Assembly (NCBI GenBank): GCA_030704615.1
Contig: JAKLZA010000139.1
Coordinates: forward strand, 1 to 12,000
Reading direction: 5' to 3'
Length of the DNA stretch: 12,000 nucleotides
Source: Takakia lepidozioides
Lineage: Eukaryota; Plantae; Bryophyta
Shown: positions 1-10,000 of the stretch, piece after piece
Numbering within the stretch: the stretch's first letter is position 1
Layout: every line of letters begins with the position of its first letter
The notes under the pieces: generated by a model
What the model was told of the DNA's origin: nothing
Seen by the model: the letters and a program-made list of their open reading frames with translations, nothing else
The model's database searches: none
Made by a program: the position numbers and the translations under genes

Positions 1-444
1 CCTCAACCTCTTCAGGTAAATGTAATACAGATGTTTGCACGGATAATACTTCGAACCCTTCTTTGCTTCCATCAACGAGAAGTCCGTACAATTGCAAGTC
101 GGCTCCACTCCAATCGTAATTGTGTATACATCGTCGCGTACAGCCGAGCCGGCCGTTGCCATCCGATACACACACCCAAGGCCGGGTGGGGGTACGTCCA
201 CGGAGCTCTGAATAGTGCAAGCCATCCCAAGAGCATTGGCAATCCGAGTCTTATTCAACTTGTTGGGAGGGTGTCGTCTCTTCACTCTTCCGAATCGCAT
301 TGTGGGATGTGCAGAATTGTCCAATCCGTCTCTACTGGACCGAGCAGTCTGCAATGGCTGGGTCTGAGGAACCGGAAATGCGTGGGCCGGGATGTCTGTG
401 CGTTGCACCATTCGAAATCCTGCTGCAGATAGAGCATCCACCTC
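1..444 (-). CDS. C-terminal part of the transposase containing a SWIM zinc finger (runs off the window start)
   Basis: Manual translation of a stop-free frame absent from the ORF track: EVDALSAAGFRMVQRTD...LGCVYRMATAGSAVRDDVYTITIGVEPTCNCTDFSLMEAKKGSKYYPCKHLYYIYLKRLR. YxVxI...CxCxDF...PCKH is the SWIM (CxC-xn-CxH) signature typical of MULE transposases. Confidence 0.85.
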
Positions 445-1327
445 AAACCGGACAAACTCTCTGACCCCACATTCGACATGTGGATGAACCGCATGACATG
501 GTGGTTTCAGGTACTTCCCCATGCTTCGTTTGGGGCTTCTACTCTAGTAGGGGGTGGATTCATTGTATTTTTTGAGGAAAGCGATCTGATGGAGAATCTC
601 CACAGGTGACGACAAATGCGCAAGAGCAGCTGGACACACAAGCACATCAGTTCAAGATGGAGATATCTCCTGCAGCAGAGAGCCTACGTGACTATGTGAC
701 GAGGTACTTTCTGCTCTACAAAACCAACCTATTCTTTCGGGAGATAGCAGATGCTCGCCGGAGCCACGAGTTCACCGACCAGCCGAACGCGGACAAAGTA
801 GCAATGCGCCTTCTGTACAGGTACATACGCGCTGCCTTTCTTTGAAGTCCTTGCATTTCAGGATGTTAGAGGCCTCATGTGGTGTTAGGGAAAATGGCGC
901 CGAATTTCCAGTCAGGGCTCCGAAAATGGCTAAGTCCCTAGACTGGCTGGCCCTGAACTGGAAATTCGGCGCCATTTTCCAGTTCTAGGCCCTATTGCCG
1001 TTCAGGGACTTGGCCATTTTCGGGCTAAGTCCCTAGACTGGCTGGCCCGGAACTGGAAATTCGGCGCCATTTTCCAGTTCTAGGCCGTATTGCCGTTCAG
1101 GGACTTAGCCATTTTCGGGCTAAGTCCCTAGACTGGCTGGTCCTGAACTGGAAATTCGGCGCCATTTTCCAGTTCCAGGCCCTATTGCCGTTCACGGACT
1201 TAGCCATTTTCGGGCTAAGTCCCTAGGGTGGCTGGCCCTAAACTGGAAATTCGGCGCCATTTTCCAGTTCTAGGCCCTATTGCCGTTCACGGACTTAGCC
1301 ATTTTCGGGCTAAGTCCCTAGACTGGC
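444..1327 (+). repeat. Duplicated fragment of the ParB-MTase gene (part exon, intron, exon, start of the repeat-bearing intron), copy of 9119-~10000
   Basis: 444-~950 aligns with 9119-~9625 (offset 8675, then 8672 after a 3-nt indel) with only about 5 substitutions. It encodes the same KPDKLSDPTFDMWMNRMTWWFQ and VTTNAQEQLDTQ...MRLLY peptides and continues into the same repeat family. Confidence 0.95.
928..1327. repeat. Tandem array of 95-bp hairpin units (4 full copies plus a 20-bp partial)
   Basis: Units start at 928, 1023, 1118, 1213 and 1308. Consensus GGCTAAGTCCCT-AGACTGGCTGGCCCT-GAACTGGAAA-TTCGGCGCCAT-TTTCCAGTTC-TAGGCCCTATTGCCGTTC-AGGGACTTAGCC-ATTTTCG, containing two nested inverted repeats. 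Confidence 0.95.
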
Positions 1328-1813
1328 ACTGAATAAGGGGCTAAGTTGACACGCACGCTCCCTCGTGGTCCGGTGATGTTGCCCGAGGAGGTCTCGTCGA
1401 GCACCGCAAGTCCTGCACGTTCAAGATCGGAGCACAGGGCGCGTGCCCCGACAACATAACGAGCCATCTGTAGTAAAGCAGTACAACATTCCCATTGTGG
1501 AGACATTGTGTCGGAGTCACAGTGGAGAATTGCGAGGACATTGCCGCATTTCGAGGGAAGTGCTGCCCATCCGGGTGGATATGAGAGCACGATGTGGTGA
1601 GATGATTCGGAGGAACCCACACGGTGCTGTACCTGCACCTTGTTTCAGCGACAGATTTTTGACTCGCACATTTGCTCACGCCACAACGCAGACATTTTGG
1701 TTCTGTAGGCACGACATAATGACCTGTGTATTTGGCAAGCCCAAGTACGGATTCAGGGAATGCCGGAGCGGCGTCTGGCCTGTTGCACCGGGTTGCAGCC
1801 TCTCTCGCCATGA
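1328..1813 (+). pseudogene. Inverted internal fragment of the transposase gene (Cys/Trp-rich region between the DDE core and SWIM)
   Basis: Plus-strand reading with frameshifts gives IVETLC/SESQWRIAR...RCGEMIRRNPHGAVPAPCF...TFWFCRHDIMTCVFGK...VWPVAPGCSLSRHE. It joins in frame, through a 2-nt GA overlap, to EVDALSAAGF on the minus strand at 444. Domain order is recalled from similar plant proteins and was not searched. Confidence 0.65.
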
Positions 1814-4368
1814 ATCCTCTTCTCCGCCAGGTGCCTCGTCAAGTCTTCGTCTCACTGGACGGGTATGAACATCTCCTTCCAAATGTTGGCCTCTTCGCAG
1901 CAATGGCGTGTCCCGAAGGCCTCTCGCAAGGCCGCCGCCCACTTCCGAGGATTCTTCGATCTAGAGGCAGTCCGCATCAGCATTTCCTGCCTGTCCGGCC
2001 CCAAGCCCCACTGTTTCCCTTTCAAGAACTCGTTGTACCTGCATTGCTGCATAATTGACCTCACAATGTCCTCCGTTGTGGCAGTGAGGATGTCCACCAG
2101 ATGCGCCGCAGAGGAGGCACGCCAGGAAGAGTGCACTGATTCGGCCATGTTTGTCGTGGGCATGTCGGTGTCGGAGTCGAGACACATTTCCTGCACAAGC
2201 ACATGTTGAGGTTACAAGCAAGTTACAAATATGGCCAAGAATAATATTCAACGGGACGCGAATTCGTGCAACTCACCTCCCGCATATAGTCGCCGAACTG
2301 GAGGAAACGATAATGCCACCATGCTAGCCAACTGACCATTGCTCCCTCGTCTGATTTCCTTACAGCACCTGACGATGTCCACCAAGCCCGTATACATGCA
2401 AACTGTGTCTCTGCATCATCCAAGGTGGGAGCGCGCTTCCACGCAAGGCACATGGAACGGTGCTCCTCTCTGAAATCTGGCGCCACGAGCCTGGTTGTGT
2501 ACTGCGAAAGGCTCTGCAGAAAATGATGGAACCCACAAGATCTCTCCTTGCCTTCCTCCATGGGAACATTGGGGTCTTCCCGTACACCCTTCGGATGGCA
2601 ACACCCAATTGCTTGTGCGTTGTCCGCCATGAAACCACGGAAATTGGGAGGGGGCAATCCCTTGGCCATCTGTTCGTTTATATTCCCTGCCAAAGAAGCA
2701 TCTCCGATTGTGTGTCCTCTCCTTTCATCTCACAAATAGCATTGTCATTAGCATCCTGCAGTGGGTGGTCGTAGACATGTGCACCCATTGTCACCCACTG
2801 GTGATTTGTATTCGCTTGATATGGTCGAACATGACCCAACTGTTTGACAAGTCCCCACTCGTCATCCTGTCGACCAGTTCGACGCCGCTGCAGGTCCACA
2901 CGGGGACATTTTGAATACGAAACAACGATCTGCCTCAGTCCCTTGTCCTGGAAACCTACTTCCATGAATGTAGTCATATCCACATCGTCGCTTCACCTCC
3001 AAATGGAGTCATATCCGAGCCACGCCCAATTTTTCTGTTTGCATGAGACAATGTGGTTTCGGACATTCGGTGAACATACGTGGGACACCGACTCCAGCAA
3101 TGCCTCCATTTCCTTCTCATCGAGAGGAACTCTATCGAGCCTCTTCCGACATATATTCTGGCCAATGCCATCTTATGGGCGGCTTGGAGCTGTATCTGTT
3201 TGGGTTTGGCACCCGGTCTCAAAACCTCCCTCCTCCTGAACGAGCTGCTCTGCCTCGTGGGCAGCCTCCCGCGAGTTCCCCCTCGCCAATTTGTGACAAT
3301 GGGAACCAACGTGTATGCAAGCTCGGGTGAGGTCAGGGAAACGGTGCAACACATAGAACTGCTTGGCATTACAAACAGACATGCAGTGTGGTGGTTCTTT
3401 GCAATGCGCACACTTAAATGTGGAGTTCGGAACCTTCTCCTGAGCTCGAAATGGTTGATGAGCTGTGCCTGTCCAATCGGTCTCGTTCCTGTGACCTCTG
3501 GATTTAAAGTGGAAGCAAGTTGGGGAGAAACACCGCAACGCGCCCGCACAAACAACGTAGCGCACCCGCACACCATCGAGCATCTTCATGCTGGTGGTTT
3601 TGGTAACGCACCAAGGATGACGTCATGTTTTTCTATCCATATCTGTCAACATTCCGGACGCCCTCGAGTAGTCCGCCCGAGGAGGGAACTCAAAGAAGAT
3701 ATTACCGTCGACGTCGGCGGGAAGGCATGTAACCGATTTAATTGCGAACTTGCTGTAGTCCAGCCCGGCCAGCTCCGACCGGTGTCCCTCCAGGTGAAGC
3801 CCCTCGCAGAATTTCAAGAATAGATCGAACTGCGGTGCTCGTGCTGGGAATATGACTCCCTCCTCCACTGACGTCCATTGAGGACTTGCTGATCTCCAGG
3901 ACGACCTCGGAACTTCCATGACCTCGTCTGAGTCGGACAGGTTGTGAACAACCCGGTTCTCGCTCGTCTTCATGGATGGGTTCGGCTCTGGATTTACTTC
4001 GTTGCGGACTTCTCTCTTTGAGGTAGCCACTCTCTCTGATTCGCGGATTGTTTCGTGGAAGGCGCCAGGATAGAAGGTGCATTTGGCGGGCAAATGAAGT
4101 CCCCAACAGCCCCTGTATATGACGCTGTCCGATGGTGGAACTCGCCATTCCCTGCCATCGCCGAAATCATCGTGGAGCACAACAATACTCTCGACAACAA
4201 GGCCGTTTGAGTCCTTCCTTTCCTCCTCCAAAAAACCGACCCCGGTTTCAGTGGGTATCGAACGCACAGATATTTCTCCATCACCCGGCAGATGTCCCCT
4301 CTGCACGGAAATGAAGCTCTATGCTCGTGAGGAGGGCAGTACACTGTAGCGCTCGGGTTTTCCGCCAT
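1811..4368 (-). pseudogene. MULE-like DDE transposase with N-terminal GCM/WRKY-like Zn-binding domain; multiple frameshifts, one intron
   Basis: Stitched across frames: LDYSKFAIKSVTCLPADVDGNIFFEFPP..MDRK(HDG)HPWCVTKTTS..CAGALRCFSPTC..CAHCKEPPHCMSVCNAK..RACIHVGSHCH (GCM/WRKY-like, ~3300-3760); RFPGQG..CFVFKMS..SGVELVDRM..WVMFDHIKR (D1 2824-2826); FRGFMADNAQA (D2 2622-2624); RSCGFHH (MULE CxxH); PTTNMAESVHSSW (E 2140-2142). The start codon is uncertain (4368 or nearby). Frameshifts may be sequencing errors. Confidence 0.85.
2191..2276 (-). other. Spliceosomal intron in the transposase gene (86 nt, phase 0)
   Basis: GAG|GTGAGT donor and TGTGCAG|GAA acceptor on the minus strand. Removal joins ...FGDYMRE to EMCLDSDTDMPTTNMAES in frame. 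Confidence 0.85.
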
Positions 4369-4639
4369 GGGAGATGTGCACACAAGACTGCCAGGATGGC
4401 GTGCGGGGAAGCTCCCTGTAGAAGGGGGATGCAGCGATGGGAAGGAATGCGGTGCCGATTTGTCCGAGCGACGAAGCCTGATCCAAATCCAGGGAGCCAA
4501 CTATCTCAAAATCCACAGTCAGAGTGTTAATGAACCTTGTCTCCGGAATGCGGCCCCTGGTCTTTGCGCAATAACTGCCAACGGTATGCAGTCAGAAAGT
4601 GGGGGGCCGTCCGGATGATGACGGCTGAAGGGAGAAGAA

Positions 4640-5535
4640 GCCGGCACCGTGCCGTCACATTACTACCCCCGAATGGAAATTCGGCACCCAATATCCAACA
4701 GGGGCCGCACGGATGAAGTCGTCTGGGGCAGAGATGCCGGCACCTGTCCGACAGAGAACATCCCCGGAAATGCGCCGAATTTCCATTCGGATCCCCCCAA
4801 AGGAAGTCCTGTCGGGGGGTCAGGCCGAAAACTGGCCGACATAAAAACCTCCGCGGAAAAAACGGCGCGAATTTCCATCCGAGGCTTTCGGATGCAGTCG
4901 GCTCGGGGGAAAGGCCGCCATCTGGCCCTCACATTACAACCCCGGACGGAAATTCGGCACCGAAATACAACAGGGGAAGCCCGGATGAAGTCGCCTCGGG
5001 CGCAGAGGCCGGCGCGTGTGCGACAGAGAACATCCCCTGGATGGAGATTCGGCGCCGAATTTCCATCCGGGCCCCCCAAAGGAAGTCGTGTCGGGGTCAG
5101 GCCGAAAACTGGCCGGCATAAAAACATCCCCAGATGGAAAAACGGCGCCGAATTCCATCCGGGCGTTCGGATGCAGTCGGGGAGGGGGAGAGGCCGGCAC
5201 CTGGCCGTCACATTTCAACCCCCGGACGGAAATTCGGCACCGAATATCCAACAGTATCCGGACGGCCCGAATACAGAAGCATCCCCAGGATGGAAAACGG
5301 CGCCGAATTTCCATCCGGGGCCGCAGTCGGGAGGGGGAGAGGCCGGCACCTGGCCGTCATATTTCAACCCCCGGACGGAAATTCGGCACCGAATATCCAA
5401 CAGAGCGGCGGAGAGGCCGGCACCTCTCCGACAGAGACCTCCCGGATGGAAATTCGGCGCGAATTTCCATCGGGGCCCCTCAAAGGAGTCCAGAAACCCC
5501 CAGAATGGAAAAACGGCGCCGAATTTCCGTCGAGG
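4640..5535. repeat. Intergenic array A: ~275-bp higher-order repeat carrying 11 palindromic sites
   Basis: The block GGCCGGCACCTGGCCGTCACATTTCAACCCCCGGACGGAAATTCGGCACCGAATATCCAAC (or variants) recurs with its site at 4675, 4948, 5228 and 5377. Palindrome variants start near 4675, 4766, 4855, 4948, 5043, 5136, 5228, 5292, 5377, 5448 and 5507. Confidence 0.9.
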
Positions 5536-5649
5536 CTGTTCCGATTTGCCTCTAGCAGTCAAGGATTCCAAGAAAACGTGTCTACAAGTGCACTTCAGCC
5601 ACAAAACAAACAGTTAGGTTTGTTTTTCTCGAAAATCAATCGACACGCT

Positions 5650-6090
5650 CAGAATTACCTGCAGGAAGGTAATTCAGCTGCCTGGGAAGGTAAATACCTG
5701 GCGAATGGAAATTGCGCCGAATATCCATACGCCAGCGATCCGATTACCTGCTGGATGGAAATTCGGCGCCGGATTATCCATCCGCGGCTCGGCCGCCGGC
5801 CGGATGTGGCTCCGCCCGCGGCGGATGGAAATCCGGCCCCGGATTTCCATCCATCCGCCTCCGAATTACCTGCTTGAGGGAATTTGCCGCGCCGCCCTAC
5901 CTGCGCGGATGGAAATCCGGCGCCGGATTTCCATCCATCCGCTTCTGATTACCTGCGTGAGGGAAATTTCCGCGCCGCCTAATGGAAATTCGCGCTGAAT
6001 TTCCATCCTGCTGCGCTCCGAATTACCTGCAGGATGGAATCGGCGCCGGATTCCATCGTGCAGCGCTCCAATTACCTACGTTGAAATTCC
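5650..6090. repeat. Intergenic array B: palindromic sites interspersed with an ATTACCTG motif
   Basis: Sites near 5707, 5757, 5827, 5911, 5984 and 6036. 5907-5936 is a perfect 30-bp palindrome, GGATGGAAATCCGGCGCCGGATTTCCATCC. (A)TTACCTG-like motifs near 5654, 5693, 5743, 5865, 5898, 5948, 6022 and 6071. Confidence 0.9.
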
Positions 6091-6586
6091 GGGCCTCTTT
6101 CCGTCGATTTTCATCCGACATGGAGGGCTTCATCCGACATTTAATTGCGCGTTGGGCAATAAATGTCCACCGCCGTGGTTTTTCATTCGGGCTGGCGACA
6201 CATGGCTTACCTGGATACGTACCTAAATCTGATGCTAATCTTGGCTTAACATGCTATTCGAGGCATGTACCCCAAAAACGGAGATCTTTTTCCATTTTGG
6301 CTGGGACTTATGCGCCTGAAGGGCGTGGCTCTCCTGAGAGAGACCTCACATCCAGACCGCGGCGAAGTTGAAAGCTCTGTACTACGGACGACGGCCAATC
6401 TCTCGCATGGCCAAACTGAAGCTCCAGCAGGAGATTCCAGTGTCTTGCTCACAACCCGCGCCAACTGAAGCCGAGTACTCTCAGGCAAGCCACTTCTGCT
6501 TTCGCTTTGTTCGATTTCTTTTTTGCTTTGCTTTCGCTTTGCGTTGCCTCGCTTTGTTTTTGCATCTTCATCCTGGCTTCGCTGGA

Positions 6587-6621
6587 TGAGTGAACCTTAG
6601 ATAGTTGAGTGAACCTTAGAT
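6587..6621. repeat. Short direct duplication TGAGTGAACCTTAGAT x2
   Basis: Identical 16-mers at 6587-6602 and 6606-6621. Confidence 0.85.
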
Positions 6622-7020
6622 TGTTTGCAATGCGTGTGCAAATCCGGCAGCTCTGGAGAAGGCTGCTTGTGCATGTCATTCTCAGGCAATGGTTGCATTT
6701 GTTTTCATTGTTGTTGCATGGCTCTCCATACTTCCTAAACTTGTTATGTTTTCATTTTTGTTACACGATTGTTGCTATGGTGGTTGCGCTGCTCGTTGCG
6801 ATGCTGGTTTTGCACCGATGTTGGTTCTCACGATTTTTGGGAATGACAGAGTGACGACGAGCCCGGCACGCTGGTGGTATCATCGACAGCTCCAACTCAT
6901 CGCATGTTTGAATCGCCCAACTTGGGGCGAGAGGGCAAACTTAAACCTTTTGTTGGTGGACGGGAGGACTTGCAACGAGAGTACGACAGAATAGGCATTG
7001 GGGAGGTTGGTGCAGGCGGC

Positions 7021-10000
7021 ATGGCAGGTGAAGGGCGTGAGGACATGAGGACAGCAGATCCGGCAATGGAGGTTGTTTGCACATGCAGTAGGGCCCGCCC
7101 ACGCAAAGAAAAAGAAGAAAGCTAAGCACATGCAATCCCCGGCGAGAGAGCCGTCACGGCTGCGGAGGGGGGAGTGAGCAGTGCGCGCGAGGGTGTCAGT
7201 TCGCCTCAATCAAAGGTGGTCGTCCTGGAGGGCTCCCCTGCTGCTAGCCCTAGTAAGAAACAGAAAGCCCGTGAGGGCAAAAGAGAGGGCAAAAGAACAG
7301 ACGAGACAGAATGCTAGCCAGGAGGAAAGAGAAAAGGCCACTGAAGAGGCCAGGGGTGCCCAAATGACAGATGCCAATGTAAGCGAGGGACGCACAGAGA
7401 CGGTGGATCCCTCCAAGACACCACAAGAGGCAGTAACACACCGGTTAGACCATCGCGGGCAAGAGCAGCCCCGCAATTACCCATACGGTGGAGAGTGGAG
7501 GAGAGGAAAGAACACCAGAAAGAGCACGGATTGTGCAAGTTCGAGGTGAAGCCAGGGAGAGGGCAGTAGAGACGGGAGAGTGCTGGAGGTGGTTTCGCAG
7601 GTGGTGACCCTGTTGAGGAGGACGACAGGAGCTTTCTGACCAGGATGACATCCTCCCGGACATCCCCAGGCCCCAAACCCGGAGCATACAGGCTGGATTT
7701 GGCGGTCCTGGTGGGCTGCCGGAAAACCCCTCTGCAGCAGACGTCATGTCTGAGGCGGATATGAAGTTGGCCGCTGCCAAGATGTTGGAGGCAACCCACA
7801 GCAACATTGGCAGGGTGCTGGGGGGCATGGTGTACCCGGCCAAGCTTCGAATTCCCCTTTGCCGCTTGGTGTCATTGCAGGTGGTGAGACCTGCCCTCCC
7901 AGGCGATATCGACAAGCTGAAATTCTCTTTCCGGGATGGATATCGAATGGGGTCTGCCGCGTTTTACGTTTCCATTGAGAACGACCACGGAGCTTCCCGT
8001 GCCCACACTTCCGATGAGGTGGACAAATGGGGTCCCCATTGGCAAACGCGAAATGAGGAGTTCGAGAGATCGATTGCTAGTGATCCTCTTTTCCAGCACT
8101 TGTCCGGTAAGATGTTCTACGTGTGGGACGGCAATCATCGCCTCCTGGCATGGATGGAGCACATTGCCCAAGCCCACCCCAACGACCTCGATTGGCATTT
8201 CGCCGTGGATTGTGTTGTGCTGAAGGTTGCGGGGCCCAAAGATCGCAGTCTTCTCAAAGCTGCAATGGCGGACATCAACTCGTAAGTTACAACGCCTCTC
8301 GCTTTTGGACTTTGAATTTGGAAGTCATTTCATTGCGAATCCTCATATATGATGAAAATTCCCATTTCAGTATTGTTTGATGGAAATGTGGCACTGCAGG
8401 GTGACTGAGAATGCCTTCATTGCCACCAACTTGTCCCATATGCTCTTCCGAGTGAAGGATGTCGGGAAGCAGGGGGTGCAAGAGTTTGCCAATTCCCTCA
8501 GTGCCGACCTCCTGCGCAAGTCGGAGGCAAAGGCAGACAGAACCTGGTATAGGCTGAGCGTCGACGCCATGGTGGACTACATATTTCGGGTAAAGCTCCT
8601 GACAGTTTTGTTGAGCTAATCTGTCTCTCCTCCCCCAATAGAAGAAATGTGGAGCAGGATCTCTAATCTTATGTGCGCATTCTTGACAGACGAAAATACA
8701 GCAGGATTTGGCACATGCGCGGAGGTTCTACATGGAGTCAGAGGAGAAGAATCCAACCCTCCCGGCACTCGAATCGTATGTCAAAGCTGCGGAGGTGAGG
8801 GCCCGCATAAAGTACAAGTCGCGGATGGTAAAGTACGTGGCCATAGCTGATCCCGCCCTTGGTGCCGACTTTCTGGTGGAGGTGGGGAAGCACTACTCTC
8901 GCGCTCTGAAGCCCACGATGACATTGGAGAAGCTCCATCGTCTAGCCACATCCTGTGTGGATGCAACAGAAAAGGTGATACATTCTTAACCAAATTGTGG
9001 TGGCAACAACTCCTTTTTTTGGTGTTTGGCGCTTACGAATATGCTGGGTGGTTGGACAGACCCGGTGGCTCCAAATCTGGAATGGTTCCCAAAGTACCAG
9101 GGACATGTGGAGCTTCCCCAAACCGGACAAACTCTCTGACCCCACATTCGACATGTGGATGAACCGCATGACATGGTGGTTTCAGGTACTTCCCCACGCT
9201 TCGTTTGGGGCTTCTACTCTAGTAGGGGGTGGATTCATTGTATTTTTTCAGGAAAGCGATCTGATGGAGAATCTCCACAGGTGACGACGAATGCGCAAGA
9301 GCAGCTGGACACACAAGCACATCAGTTCAAGATGGAGATATCTCCTGCAGCAGAGAGCCTACGTGACTATGTGACGAGGTACTTTCTGCTCTACAAAACC
9401 AACCTATTCTTTCGGGAGATAGCAGATGCTCGCCGGAGCCACGAGTTCACCGACCAGCCGAACGCGGACAAAGCAGCAATGCGCCTTCTGTACAGCATAC
9501 GCGCTGCCTTTCTTTCAAGTCCTTGCATTTCAGGATGTTAGAGGCCTCATGTGGTGTTAGGGAAAATGGCGCCGAATTTCCAGTCAGGGCTCCGAAAATG
9601 GCTAAGTCCCTAGACTGGCTGGCCCCTGGAAATTCGGCGCCATTTTCCAGTTCTAGGCCCTATTGAGGACTTAGCCATTTTCGGGCCCCAACCGGCGGGG
9701 CAGGGGGAAGTCCCTAGGGTGGCTGGCCCTGAATGGAAATTCGGCGCCATTTTTCCAGTTCTAGGCCCTATTGCCGTTCAGGGACTTAGCCATTTTCGGG
9801 CCGGCTTGGAAATTCGGCGGTAGGGGGAGCCATGGCTAAGTCCCTAGGGTGGCTGGCCCGAACTGGAAATTCGGCGCCATTTTCCAGTTCTAGGCCCTAT
9901 TGCCGTTCAGGGACTTAGCCATTTTCGGGCTAAGTCCCTATGGCTGGCCTGAACTGGAAATTCGGCGCCATTTTTCCAGTTCTAGGCCCTATTGCGGTTC

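Noticed and set aside
31-432. Plus-strand 133-aa ORF and other antisense ORFs (e.g. 3080-3823, 10072-10674, 10671-11270)
   Set aside because: Shadow ORFs opposite the real coding frames, with no recognisable motifs.
282-494. RWMLYLQQDFE resembling a Ty3/gypsy RNase H motif
   Set aside because: No other pol motifs nearby, the ORF crosses the 444 junction, and another frame gives a convincing SWIM-containing peptide.
889-1327. CRISPR-like array (palindromic repeats at a regular period)
   Set aside because: The spacers are themselves near-identical repeats, there are no cas genes, and the context is a eukaryotic intron. The same applies to 4640-6090 and 9561-10180.
4649-5998. Long overlapping ORFs (322, 247, 182 and 179 aa)
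   Set aside because: They are open in many frames on both strands because of GC-rich, stop-poor repeats. The peptides merely echo the palindrome (MEIRRRIS, GNSAPNF, WKFGAEF).
6246-6994. Short ORFs and T-rich (GCTTT)n-like tract upstream of the ParB-MTase gene
   Set aside because: Low-complexity, hydrophobic-biased translations with no motifs. More likely promoter, 5' UTR or intron sequence; an upstream exon cannot be ruled out.
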